The notes: generated by a model not told the origin, from the sequence alone. A stretch of 64,000 nucleotides of DNA from an uncultured virus (IMG/VR IMGVR_UViG_3300007735_000782) (IMGVR_UViG_3300007735_000782); one strand, 5' to 3'; counted from the first letter of the stretch, positions 30,202 through 39,967 are shown. Made by a program: numbers and translations.

Positions 30202-30557
30202 GATTTTGGTTGACGACTTTCCACCATTTTAATCACACGATTTGCCCATGACCTGCCAGCATCGCCGCCCCATAATTGCCAGGCTATGTAACCAGCATCA
30301 TCTTCACCACCACTTTTATTTTTTTCATGACGCGAAAAAAATGCTGCCATTCGTTTGATAGTAGCAAAACTTATGCCACCACCACCAGCTAGATCACCAG
30401 CCCTCGCCACTCCACTGCCAATGCCTTCTTTCCCGGCCTCCTGCGTGGTTAATCCGCCTTTGCCATACTTCTTGCGTAGTTCTAAGCCACGACGCGCTGC
30501 GGCCCTTACGGACGATGGTGGGGAGAAGCTTTCGGCATCTCCCCTTAATCCTTTCCC
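30198..30557 (-). CDS. Frameshift-accessed C-terminal domain of the 30545..30775 product
   Basis: -1 frame open from G GGA AAG: GLRGDAESFSPPSSVRAAARRGLELRKKYGKGG...VARAGDLA...RMAAFFSRH...WQLWGGDAG. Confidence 0.75.
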   Translation of the reverse strand, partial: GKGLRGDAESFSPPSSVRAAARRGLELRKKYGKGGLTTQEAGKEGIGSGVARAGDLAGGGGISFATIKRMAAFFSRHEKNKSGGEDDAGYIAWQLWGGDAGRSWANRVIKMVESRQPKS

Positions 30558-30775
30558 TCTTCTTCTTCCTCTCCTGCTATTTCTTTAAAAAAGCCCATGT
30601 AATATTCATCACTCATATCTTTCTTGGGCTTGCGAGTCATGCCAGCTTCAGAGAGAGCAATGGCAAGCGCTTGCTGAGGACTCTTAACTGGCTCACCAGT
30701 ACTGCTTTTTAATTTGCCACTCTTAAATTCACGCATCACCAGGGCGACTTTAGCTTGCTTTTCTTTTTTAGTCAT
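30545..30775 (-). CDS. Small basic protein (DUF6496-like)
   Basis: 'KV..VM.EFK.GKL.SS.G..VK...QA.AIALSEAG'. Confidence 0.8.
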   Translation of the reverse strand: MTKKEKQAKVALVMREFKSGKLKSSTGEPVKSPQQALAIALSEAGMTRKPKKDMSDEYYMGFFKEIAGEEEEEGKD

Positions 30776-31428
30776 TACTGTAGATTTCTTTCTATAACTA
30801 ACATTAAATCATCCCACCGCCCGTTGACGTGTCTTCGGTCAATTCTCTCAGAAGTGTACCCTGGAGGAAGCGCATCTTCCAACACTTTAAACCAGCTTAA
30901 CTCTTGAATATCTTCAATAACTGCAACGCCTGTTTTGGAAAGCAATGGTAAATACAGATTAAGAAAACTACATTGGCTTTCCAGGGAGTGAGGGCCATCG
31001 TCAATTATCAAATCAATACCATCAAGGACAAGGGTTTTTATTTTATTTATTGTTTGCGCGGAATAGGCATCCTGTATAAGAAATGCATGACGATCTTGTT
31101 TCAAATTGTTCTTAATTTTATCATGCACACAATCCATTACATCTATACCGATAACAAAAGCATTGGGACAAAAATCATGCCACAACAACATTGATCCACC
31201 ATGCTGCACTCCAATTTCCAATATGCAACTTTTTTGTTTTGTTTTTATTCTCGAAAGCAAAAATTCGTAAATAGGGCCATATGAATGGCTGTCACTAGGG
31301 GAGCCAATATTTTCACATTTTTGCTTATCAGTGCCACCTGGATTTTGCCAATAACCAATTTGGTGTTTTTTAAAAATTTGCTCAACATTAGGACACAGCG
31401 AAAGATCTTCTAAAATAGTTTGTTGCAT
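30775..31428 (-). CDS. Class I SAM-dependent methyltransferase (Methyltransf_24-like)
   Basis: 'TDK', 'HSY...YE', 'LEIGV..GGS', 'DLIIDDG.H', 'IEDI'. Confidence 0.85.
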   Translation of the reverse strand: MQQTILEDLSLCPNVEQIFKKHQIGYWQNPGGTDKQKCENIGSPSDSHSYGPIYEFLLSRIKTKQKSCILEIGVQHGGSMLLWHDFCPNAFVIGIDVMDCVHDKIKNNLKQDRHAFLIQDAYSAQTINKIKTLVLDGIDLIIDDGPHSLESQCSFLNLYLPLLSKTGVAVIEDIQELSWFKVLEDALPPGYTSERIDRRHVNGRWDDLMLVIERNLQ

Positions 31429-31455
31429 GATTTTAGGAATAAAAATAAGATGAAA

Positions 31456-32103
31456 TTAATGACGCAATTGATTTACTTGCGCCTCCAGTAAGTGCAAATA
31501 AGATGGCCCCTTGGAACTTTGGAAAAGATGAAATACTCTACCATTGCCGTATGTTGTGCCAATTCCAAAAGTTCCTAGATCAGCCAGCGGCCAAGAAGGT
31601 CCATCTGTTGAATGTCTTTCAGGAAATAATAGTCCAACATCCAACCCTTCGTTCAAGCATGCCATGGTAATGCTTTGAGCTGTATCCATCTCACCATTAG
31701 CTATTAAACTTGGCCTGCCAATTTCATTCCATAACGAACGATTAGCCACCATAAATGCAGGAGCTGCATAGGGAATATTACGCAATGGCAAATGATTAGC
31801 GCATTGCGCCACCCCTAAAACAGTGCCGTTTTTCTTGACTGCTGCTTGTGCAAAATCAATAATAGACAAACACAAAACAATGCAATCAATATCAATAAAG
31901 CCAATTAAATCTTCTTTACGATCATCAAATAATTGCTCCATCCATCGCCCATGAGCAGCATGAGGACTAATCCCTTCGCTATTTAATCCTGCAATAGAAA
32001 CGGAATGATAGCAGACATTTAAACCAACTAAGTTACATGCTTCTTGATGAAGATCGATGATGCGAGAATCAATATTGTCGCAGTAAAAAGAATGGAAAAG
32101 CAT
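31456..32103 (-). CDS. Putative GT-A fold glycosyltransferase
   Basis: 'FIDIDC' DxD motif; glycosylation cluster. Confidence 0.6.
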   Translation of the reverse strand: MLFHSFYCDNIDSRIIDLHQEACNLVGLNVCYHSVSIAGLNSEGISPHAAHGRWMEQLFDDRKEDLIGFIDIDCIVLCLSIIDFAQAAVKKNGTVLGVAQCANHLPLRNIPYAAPAFMVANRSLWNEIGRPSLIANGEMDTAQSITMACLNEGLDVGLLFPERHSTDGPSWPLADLGTFGIGTTYGNGRVFHLFQSSKGPSYLHLLEAQVNQLRH

Positions 32104-32711
32104 TAGCGAATTCGAGAGAAAAAATTACCATGAAAAGTCAAAGGTGGCGCTGTGTAACTACGTAACATAGGCTTATCCTTTTGAAACCATTCAATTAGAT
32201 GATGTTGACATTGATGCATGCTTTCCATTTGCACTAACATTTGCAGATCAAGAGGCATGAAAATAGTTTCAAAGATATCCAGCAACTTTTCCATGCCTTC
32301 TTTGGTCACCAAATAACCGTCTGTGCCGCATACACCTCCCCATGTAAGCCCATTGTGATTACGAAAACTTCTATTGTTAAAAAATACTAAATCAGCGTCA
32401 TCCGGTACTGGCATAGCAATAGTTGATCTCAAAGTGGTGTCATCTTCAAGAACAGCAATTTGTTTAAACCCTTGAGCTAAAGCATGTTTCCATAGTTCAA
32501 TGGAGGAAAGCGTAAGTGCTAATTCACCAGTCAACTTCAATGCATCACTACCACCACGCTCGTCCCAAATCACACGGCGTTCTGTTTTAGCTTCCATGTC
32601 TTCTCTGCTCACCTTTCTTCCGTCAATGGCATTCCACCATACAAATTGTTGACCTATTTCCATTAAGCGTCTCTTGAAGGTTTCTCTTCTTTCGTCTCCT
32701 TCTATGCTCAT
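32103..32711 (-). CDS. Glycosyltransferase family 25 domain (probably reached by -1 frameshift from upstream GT4)
   Basis: 'RR..F', 'AIDG', 'GE.AL.LS...LW', 'VLEDD', 'T.GY.V...G..KLL', 'P.D'. Confidence 0.8.
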   Translation of the reverse strand: MSIEGDERRETFKRRLMEIGQQFVWWNAIDGRKVSREDMEAKTERRVIWDERGGSDALKLTGELALTLSSIELWKHALAQGFKQIAVLEDDTTLRSTIAMPVPDDADLVFFNNRSFRNHNGLTWGGVCGTDGYLVTKEGMEKLLDIFETIFMPLDLQMLVQMESMHQCQHHLIEWFQKDKPMLRSYTAPPLTFHGNFFSRIR

Positions 32712-32788
32712 GCAATAAACAGGCCCTTCAGATAAATCAATAACAGTTGATGAAACGCGAGGGAATAGTGCATTTACACTATCCCCTT

Positions 32789-33994
32789 CTACTTTTTTCC
32801 AAAACCTTCTCCAGCCTTTGGCTTTTCAGTCAGAGTGCGACTAATGATGCTTTCAAGTTGCTCAACAATGGTGGTCCATTTGTATTTATCTTGAACTAAT
32901 TGATCTCGGCACCATTGTCCAGCCTTGATTAGTTCGCCTCGATTGTGGTAGTAATGATCAAGATGTTTTGCTAAATCGTGAGGAGATATTTGACCTCGCT
33001 CTAGCCCGTAATTCCTATCAGTTTCCCAGCTTTCAACATTAATGCGTGGTAAATCATAAAAAATTTCACGCAAGCTTGTGTGATCAGGAACTAATTGTGC
33101 AACGCCAGCAGCAGCATGCTCAAAACTTACCAATCCCCAGCCCTCTCCTGAACAAGTGTTAATGCCAATATCACAAGCATTCATCACTTCATTAAGTTTT
33201 TCAATGGGCAAGCAACGCATTGTATCAAAATCTTTACTGGTAAGAATTAACTTGCCAGTGGCATCATATCCATAGTCACGAGCCACACGTTTAAACAATG
33301 GAACAAGATCCCATCCTTGATCTTTGGTTCCCATGTTGAGCCATAAACGAGCATCAGGTTTGTCTAATGCAAATTCAATAAAACCTTTAATAGTTAAATC
33401 AATACGTTTACGCGGTTGATTTCTATTGCCATTAAATACTACAAATAAATTATCTTCAATCCCTAAAGATTTACGGCACTCAGCTTTATCCATGGGAAAG
33501 AAATGCGAGTGGTTGATGCCATGGGGAATAATGTCACAAGGCAACTCGCATCCAGCCTTACGAATTTCTTCTAAGCCAAATTCCGTATAAGTACCCATTC
33601 CATCCCACTCGTGGCATTGATCAAATACTTCAGGGTAAAAACCATAGCTATCCACAGGGAAATAACCATACCATTTAAAACCAAATTGTTCTTTGTAGGG
33701 GCCAGCTTTCGCCCACAAAGTTTTCAACACCCAAATATCATTGATAGCAAAAACAAGATCAGGCTTAATAGTGGCAATTAGTTCAGGAAGGCGATGGCTT
33801 CCAAATGGATCATGACCTCCTGCCATTGCTGGATACATTTTGCAATATTGTTGCATTTCCGTGGGATCACCAAACCAATTGGTGGCCATCACATGAATCT
33901 CATGCTTTTTAGCTAGCTCAGGAAGCAGACTTTCAGCCACTCGGCCAAATCCAGTTTGAACGGATGCATCACCACAGTAGAGAATACGAGCCAC
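32789..33994 (-). CDS. Glycosyltransferase family 4 (GT-B)
   Basis: 'TGFGRV', 'IPHG', 'NRNQPRKRID', 'GEGWGL..FE.AA.G'. Confidence 0.9.
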   Translation of the reverse strand: MARILYCGDASVQTGFGRVAESLLPELAKKHEIHVMATNWFGDPTEMQQYCKMYPAMAGGHDPFGSHRLPELIATIKPDLVFAINDIWVLKTLWAKAGPYKEQFGFKWYGYFPVDSYGFYPEVFDQCHEWDGMGTYTEFGLEEIRKAGCELPCDIIPHGINHSHFFPMDKAECRKSLGIEDNLFVVFNGNRNQPRKRIDLTIKGFIEFALDKPDARLWLNMGTKDQGWDLVPLFKRVARDYGYDATGKLILTSKDFDTMRCLPIEKLNEVMNACDIGINTCSGEGWGLVSFEHAAAGVAQLVPDHTSLREIFYDLPRINVESWETDRNYGLERGQISPHDLAKHLDHYYHNRGELIKAGQWCRDQLVQDKYKWTTIVEQLESIISRTLTEKPKAGEGFGKK

Positions 33995-34030
33995 GGAAAA
34001 AACAAATCTTGCTTGATGATAATGGCAAAA

Positions 34031-34708
34031 TCAAACTGGGACAACTGGAGCCTGCCGCCTGAAATACTCAACACTACACCTGCATCTAGCTCCACATTCG
34101 CAACGCACACCAGGCATAGGAACGCTGCCAATAGAAACCATGCCACGCGCTGCATAACGAAGGCAATCTTGACAATGCACGGCTTGATCATCAAGGATGC
34201 GACGCATCATAGAAAAACCTCGCTGCTGTTCCCGCATTTCAGCGCCTTGCCAGTATGAGCCACGAATGCTTTGTGCATACAAACCAATACGTGCCATTGC
34301 CATGGGAACTGAAATACGACCATCAATCAAATCACGAACAAAACCTTGTAAATATGTATATTCGGCGCGAAGGCGTTGGCCAATGCGGCCATATTCAGCA
34401 CTTCCCATTTCACTGCGTCCGCCATAACCAATAGTGGCAGCTTGAATGTGACCAGCTTTTATTGCTTCACGAACACTGCCTTGCCATTGATCAAGCGTGA
34501 TGGAGCCGTCAGCTAGCATCTTGGTAAAACGTTTTAATTGCTCTTCAAGCTTGTCGATGCGACCGTCAATAATATTACCAACTGCTTTTTTACTTAAGAA
34601 TCGACCCTTAGCATCACGATAACGTCCAGTAGTACGGTCATAAGACCACTCAGCGTCCATCCTGCTGGACATTATGGTATTACTAAAAGCAGCTAAATCA
34701 TTCAACAT
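34031..34708 (-). CDS. Head morphogenesis protein (Mu gpF / SPP1 gp7-like)
   Basis: Follows portal; 'HCQDC', 'PMPG..CEC..RCRC'; start taken at MLNDL. Confidence 0.75.
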   Translation of the reverse strand: MLNDLAAFSNTIMSSRMDAEWSYDRTTGRYRDAKGRFLSKKAVGNIIDGRIDKLEEQLKRFTKMLADGSITLDQWQGSVREAIKAGHIQAATIGYGGRSEMGSAEYGRIGQRLRAEYTYLQGFVRDLIDGRISVPMAMARIGLYAQSIRGSYWQGAEMREQQRGFSMMRRILDDQAVHCQDCLRYAARGMVSIGSVPMPGVRCECGARCRCSVEYFRRQAPVVPV

Positions 34709-36773
34709 TATCAGCTTCCAATAGTTCTTTAAATTTAGTTGGTGCTTCTTCTTTCCATTGCTGCATTGCCTTTTCAATGTCTTCATCGGAAATAAAAGCA
34801 GCCTCATCAATATCAGCCAACATCACCCCTTCAATTGTCATTGGCACAATTGCATCTACCTTACTGCTAACGAGCTTGGCTGGTCCCCGTCGATCAGGAT
34901 CAGGATCCGCTTTACGCTTGCGGGCAACAATTGTTTGACGCTCTTCCTTGGATAGGGCTTGTGCTTTTGCTTTAGGTAGGCATTTTGGCTTACCTTCTTT
35001 TTCTCCACGTCCTCCGCACGGTCCCATTATTTCGCCATTAGCACCAATCCTTACCCAACCTTCTTTAAACCATTGCCCAAGATCATCCTCGGTGATTTCA
35101 CCATCATCACCTTTGAATGCACCACTGGTGGAGCCATGCTTTTCTTTATACATGCGCTTGTACTGTTGCACTACATAACCACTGGCGTAAGCTGATGGCC
35201 ACACCTTGAACTTGCTTTTAGCTGCTGCTACAGCACGGCTATGAAGAGCTGCGTCAGTGAATTTCACATCACCACGCACTTCTTCTAAATCACCAGGAAG
35301 AAATAAACCAGCAGCAGTATCTTCCACTTCACGGCTACCATCCATCGGCAAAGTGCCATTTTCTTCATCCAGGGGATCACGGCCACCAACAGGAACGGCA
35401 GGTTTGCCACCCCCTTCTTGAGTGGCGCTACCCCCTAACTGGGGCAACTCACGAGGAAGCGATGGGTCAAGAGTAAGTTCCATTGACCATTCGGAACCGC
35501 CATAACGCGCATCTGCCACTTCTTTCGGGTGGAGCACTCCTAGCTGTATGTAACGACCATCAACAGCAGCCACACGCGCCCGCACGTCTGCTTTTTCTCT
35601 TTCATTTAGTTCAAATAAATCATTGAATTTAATCCGCCACGATTCAGGCAGTCTTCCTTTTGTAGGACCATCTTTACTAAGCATGATAATTTTCATTAAA
35701 TGCTGTAGTGATCGCTTGTAATGCGTGGATTGATAATCGCCAAGATGCTTGGCAAAATCACGCTCTTCGCTTCGGCCAGTGGAACCTAAGCCACCAGGGC
35801 TTTCACCGAATAAAATCGTATGAGGAATTTGCGAAGCACCAATAATATCAATGCGAAGTTTCTCTAAGATTTCACCAATGCCACCAAAGTTTCTGCTAAT
35901 AAATTCAAGTTCTTCTTTTTCTGCATCAATTGCATAACCACGATAAATGCTTTTACTCATATCATTTAACACCAAACGATCCCTTACATCTTTCTCTTTA
36001 CCAGCGGCCAACATAGAGGAAAGGCCACGTAGTTTATGCACAAAAATATCAAATTCCGTTAATAATGTTGCAGCAGAACTAATGCCAGTGGAGTAAAAAC
36101 GAAAGCTGTCATACACACTCTGCAAAGTGCTCATTCCCCAGCCATAATTTCTTTGCCTGATACGATAAGGCAACCACTCGCCATCAAAACGCAAAACTCT
36201 ATCTTTATGAATTTTTACTAATTGTGGTTGTCTAATAAGATCACCAGAAATGATTTGATAATAAGTGGCTTTGGAATAATCATACAAACTATCTTCGTTG
36301 ATCATTGGTGCAATTTGCCAACGATCCAACACTTCCATGCCTTCTACTGAACGAATATTGCGGAAATCAACGGGCTGATCTGCTGAACGACCATCGTCGA
36401 TATAAAGCAAAATGACGGAGCCGCCAAACAACCTTGCATTCTTGGAGGCTAAGCCCAGATTTTCGAGGATGTATAAATCTTCCACCACTTGCTCAATGCC
36501 CGCCACTTCTTCTGCTGCCGCCCCTTCACCACCAAACAAAACCTTAAAACCTTTCCTCGTGGATTGTTCCGCCACAATATCTACAATACGCTTAGGAATC
36601 CATTCGCTATAAAGATTCTCCAGTTCCTCTTGAGTTAAGAAAACGATGGGATTGGAATTAGTGTATTGGCTTTTATCGCGGCTTGTTCCCATGCCAGTAA
36701 GAGCATTGACCAATCCATCGGCTCGCATAATGCCATCACCATTGTGGCCCAAATCAACAAAATCTTCTGCCAT
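34698..36773 (-). CDS. Portal protein (DUF1073-like) with C-terminal extra domains
   Basis: 'DGL.N..TG.G', 'ARL.GG', 'IH.DR...F.G', 'IP.T.LFG.SP.GL..TG'. Confidence 0.9.
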   Translation of the reverse strand: MAEDFVDLGHNGDGIMRADGLVNALTGMGTSRDKSQYTNSNPIVFLTQEELENLYSEWIPKRIVDIVAEQSTRKGFKVLFGGEGAAAEEVAGIEQVVEDLYILENLGLASKNARLFGGSVILLYIDDGRSADQPVDFRNIRSVEGMEVLDRWQIAPMINEDSLYDYSKATYYQIISGDLIRQPQLVKIHKDRVLRFDGEWLPYRIRQRNYGWGMSTLQSVYDSFRFYSTGISSAATLLTEFDIFVHKLRGLSSMLAAGKEKDVRDRLVLNDMSKSIYRGYAIDAEKEELEFISRNFGGIGEILEKLRIDIIGASQIPHTILFGESPGGLGSTGRSEERDFAKHLGDYQSTHYKRSLQHLMKIIMLSKDGPTKGRLPESWRIKFNDLFELNEREKADVRARVAAVDGRYIQLGVLHPKEVADARYGGSEWSMELTLDPSLPRELPQLGGSATQEGGGKPAVPVGGRDPLDEENGTLPMDGSREVEDTAAGLFLPGDLEEVRGDVKFTDAALHSRAVAAAKSKFKVWPSAYASGYVVQQYKRMYKEKHGSTSGAFKGDDGEITEDDLGQWFKEGWVRIGANGEIMGPCGGRGEKEGKPKCLPKAKAQALSKEERQTIVARKRKADPDPDRRGPAKLVSSKVDAIVPMTIEGVMLADIDEAAFISDEDIEKAMQQWKEEAPTKFKELLEADNVE

Positions 36774-36838
36774 TGGTACGTTTAATGTGTTGCATTCATC
36801 CTAACAATGGCTAAGATAATTGTGATCTTGTTTTCTTT

Positions 36839-37321
36839 ATGCCCACTCCTGTTCAATTTATTTTTTCTGACGAAGAAAGAAGGCTTGCAATGGCAGAAGG
36901 CATGAGGCGACAGGGCACTAATGAAAACCAAGGGCTTCGCGGTCGTAATGGTGGTGCATGGCGAGGCACCAAAGCGTTAGATATTCATTTGCTTGGTGCT
37001 GCAGGAGAAATGGCAGTTGCTTCGCATTTAGGTTTAAAATCATTTTTGTATCAAGAAACACAAGCAAAGCGTGGTAGTGACGACCTTCCCGGTATAGACG
37101 TCAAAACACGCTCCAAACATAAATATGATTTAATTGTTCAAAAAAACGAAGATCCTCGGAAAAAATTCGTTTTAGTCACCATTGAAGATCAAACGACGCT
37201 TCTTCATGGCTGGTGCTATGGGGAAGAAGCAATGAAAGACGAGTATTGGGCTGACCCTGCTCGCGGGCGACCTGCTTATTTTGTTCCTAAAGATGTACTA
37301 AGATCTATGAACACGCTATAG
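36839..37321 (+). CDS. Hypothetical protein, possible PD-(D/E)XK nuclease fold
   Basis: 'G..GE.AV', 'D...IDVKT' pattern. Confidence 0.5.
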   Translation: MPTPVQFIFSDEERRLAMAEGMRRQGTNENQGLRGRNGGAWRGTKALDIHLLGAAGEMAVASHLGLKSFLYQETQAKRGSDDLPGIDVKTRSKHKYDLIVQKNEDPRKKFVLVTIEDQTTLLHGWCYGEEAMKDEYWADPARGRPAYFVPKDVLRSMNTL

Positions 37322-37326
37322 CAATA

Positions 37327-38016
37327 ATGATCAAAGATCCAAATCGCTTTTATGTCTACGCTTATTTGAGAAGTAAAGACTCGGAAAACGGCAAGAAAAA
37401 TACGCCCTATTACATAGGCAAAGGATGTGGAGATCGTGCCACTTCTAAATTGCGAACGATTCCAAAGCCTTCAGACCCTGCTCTTATTATTTACGTTGAA
37501 GAAGGATTAACAGAAGAAGAAGCGTTTTCTTTGGAAAAATACTACATTGCTCTCTACGGACGCATTGACAATGGCACTGGCAGCTTGCGCAATTTAAGTG
37601 ACGGGGGTGACGGGCCATCTGGGGCTATTCACTCAGAAGAGACCAAGAGAAAAAGAGCAGAAGCTGGGCGGGGGCGAAGACACAGCAAGGAATCCGCTCT
37701 AAAAATTTCCGAGGCTCAGTTGGCTGAGAAAAATCACATGTGGGGTAAAGTTGTGTCCGAGGAAACTCGGCTTAAATTATCTAAGGCGAATAAGGGTCTT
37801 AAAAGGTCCAAGGAAACCCGTCAAAGAATTGCAGCAGGAAAATGCCGCTATTTGTGCGAATTAATTGACCCTGCCGGTCTAGTGCATGTAGTTCAAAATT
37901 TATATCAATTTTGTTTGAAAAATGGATTGCATCGCAAATTAATGAGTAACTTGGTTAACGGCAAAAGAAGTTCCTATAAAGGATGGACTGTTCGAAAAAT
38001 TGAGTTTTTGCGCTGA
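37327..38016 (+). CDS. GIY-YIG-like homing endonuclease with NUMOD3 repeats
   Basis: 'YVYAY...YYIGKG...R', 'LRN..DGG.G', repeats 'HSEETKRK', 'SEETRLKLS'; coupled to terminase. Confidence 0.85.
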   Translation: MIKDPNRFYVYAYLRSKDSENGKKNTPYYIGKGCGDRATSKLRTIPKPSDPALIIYVEEGLTEEEAFSLEKYYIALYGRIDNGTGSLRNLSDGGDGPSGAIHSEETKRKRAEAGRGRRHSKESALKISEAQLAEKNHMWGKVVSEETRLKLSKANKGLKRSKETRQRIAAGKCRYLCELIDPAGLVHVVQNLYQFCLKNGLHRKLMSNLVNGKRSSYKGWTVRKIEFLR

Positions 38017-39395
38017 TGGCACGACTGTCTTGCGGCGATTTTGCCAAGCACGTATTAAATACTCCGCTGTGGCCTAAACAACAAGAAATATTAAATGAAT
38101 ATTTTGGTGGTGGTAAAAGCCATGCAGTATGGGCGCTTGGCCGAAGAGCAGGAAAAACACTCATGGCTTCTATTGCAGCAGCATATGCTTGCTTTATCCT
38201 AGAAAGCTATTACAAGAATAAAGTACGGAAAAATGAAAAGTGGTATATTGTTACTATTGCAAATGATCAGCAGCAATCAAAGATTTCTTTAAATAACATT
38301 CGTCAATTAATACTAGATAGCCCTCTTGGTGATGAAATCACAAGAGAAACTGCAACAGAAATTCAAATCAGTAATGGTTGTGTATTCCAAGCAATTCCAG
38401 CTTCTGCTCGTGCTTCTCGCGGTAAAGCTGTAGTAATGTGTATATTCGATGAGCTAGCCTTCCAGTTGGAAGGAGATGCCAATAGAGGCGCAAAAGCAAT
38501 ATACGACGCGCTGTCACCTTCTATCGCTCAATTTGGCAGCCATGGCCGAATACTAGAGCTATCTTCACCTTGGCTCACCGATGGATTATTTTATTCCCAT
38601 TTTAGAGAAGCTGAAAGTGGTGAATTTCCATTCATGCAAGCTAAAAATATTCCCACCTGGGAAATAAATCCTAATTTACCATGGGGATGTCCTTTTTTAG
38701 TTGCAGAGCAAAAAAGAGATGAAGATAAATTTTGGACAGAATATGGCGCTAAATTCAGAGGAAATAAATCAGCACTATTAGCTTCTGAAATTGTAGATGC
38801 TGCAATTAATAAAAATAGAAACGTATTGTTGCCAATAAGGGAAGTGATGGGCAAATACGTGCTAGCACTTGACCCTGCTCGTGGTGGTGTGGGACGAGAT
38901 GAATACATTGCTTGTATTGTGCATTTTGAACGTGCCACGTTAGTGGTGGATAAGTTCCATACGTTTATGGCTGATTTTGAAATCAATGGTAAAAAAGAAG
39001 TTAGTATTCAAGCAGTTGAAGATTGGATACGGGAACATCATAAGATTTATCAATTTGAAAGTATTGTACTTGACCAATTTAATAGTTCAGCTACCATTCA
39101 AAGCTTGTCGGGTGATTTCCCTATTAGAGAACTTACTTGGTCTGTTAGCACCAAAATGAAAGCATTTAGTAAAATGAAAGAATTGTTTAATGCTGGTTTA
39201 GTAGACATCTATCCGCATGAGCAAGCTATTAGACAGCTTAAAAATTTAAATGTTGTTTACAGACAAAGTGGTCAATGGTCAGTAACTGGTGGTAAAGAAG
39301 TAGGAGTGGATGACTTTTGTTTTGCTTTAGCTGCTGCAATCCTAGAAGCATCAAAAGAAGACGATTTAAATTGGATGGAAGGTTTACTTCGCTGA
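38016..39395 (+). CDS. terL: Terminase large subunit
   Basis: Walker A 'GRRAGKT', Walker B 'CIFDE', 'LSSP', RNase H-like 'ALDPA', 'DD...ALA'. Confidence 0.92.
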   Translation: MARLSCGDFAKHVLNTPLWPKQQEILNEYFGGGKSHAVWALGRRAGKTLMASIAAAYACFILESYYKNKVRKNEKWYIVTIANDQQQSKISLNNIRQLILDSPLGDEITRETATEIQISNGCVFQAIPASARASRGKAVVMCIFDELAFQLEGDANRGAKAIYDALSPSIAQFGSHGRILELSSPWLTDGLFYSHFREAESGEFPFMQAKNIPTWEINPNLPWGCPFLVAEQKRDEDKFWTEYGAKFRGNKSALLASEIVDAAINKNRNVLLPIREVMGKYVLALDPARGGVGRDEYIACIVHFERATLVVDKFHTFMADFEINGKKEVSIQAVEDWIREHHKIYQFESIVLDQFNSSATIQSLSGDFPIRELTWSVSTKMKAFSKMKELFNAGLVDIYPHEQAIRQLKNLNVVYRQSGQWSVTGGKEVGVDDFCFALAAAILEASKEDDLNWMEGLLR

Positions 39396-39443
39396 TTGCC
39401 ATTAGAATTTTCAAGAATTTACTTTTATGCCATTTCATGAAAA

Positions 39444-39626
39444 ATGACAAATTTTGAACTTTCCCTTAAAGAAGCATCATATTTGGTTGCTGTTCTTGAA
39501 GCAAATAGACAAACTGCTCTCCAACTTCTTGCTGCTGATCATTTCTATCAGCCTTCTTTATTGCCTCGCCTCAAAAAATTTCAACAAATGCTGAAAAACG
39601 AACATCTAATGAAACAGACGGAATAG
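39444..39626 (+). CDS. Hypothetical protein
   Basis: Short ORF co-oriented with terL. Confidence 0.5.
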   Translation: MTNFELSLKEASYLVAVLEANRQTALQLLAADHFYQPSLLPRLKKFQQMLKNEHLMKQTE

Positions 39627-39650
39627 AATACCTATTCATGCAAACTTACG

Positions 39651-39836
39651 ATGGCCCTTTCACAGGCGATGGAAGAAGCGTTTGATGCTGCAATAGAAGC
39701 TGCCTATGCAGTGGAAGAAGCAGGAAAGCGATGGGCAAGAAATAGCGAGGAAGTGTCGTTAGTTAGTAAGCTTTATAATTGGCGCATTGAAGAATATGAT
39801 TTGCTGAGCAAAAAACAATGTTTGCACCATGCCTGA
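39651..39836 (+). CDS. Hypothetical protein
   Basis: Short ORF co-oriented with terL. Confidence 0.5.
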   Translation: MALSQAMEEAFDAAIEAAYAVEEAGKRWARNSEEVSLVSKLYNWRIEEYDLLSKKQCLHHA

Positions 39837-39838
39837 CT

Positions 39839-39967
39839 ATGATCCGCTTGTTGTATTCATTAAATGGCAAGTGTTATGAGGAAATTGTGCCATTTCATTT
39901 AGCTCGCTTAAGAAATAAGCAATTGTTCCTACAAGGTGCAGCCGTATATTGGAGTGGACGCTGCTAA
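39839..39967 (+). CDS. Small hypothetical protein (42 aa, not in ORF track)
   Basis: MIRLLYSLNGKCYEEIVPFHLARLRNKQLFLQGAAVYWSGRC; starts 2 nt after previous stop. Confidence 0.45.
   Translation: MIRLLYSLNGKCYEEIVPFHLARLRNKQLFLQGAAVYWSGRC

Noticed and set aside
37327..38016. Group I intron or intein splitting terL or nrdA
   Set aside because: terL and nrdA appear intact; the endonuclease genes are free-standing and no intron core or intein termini were seen
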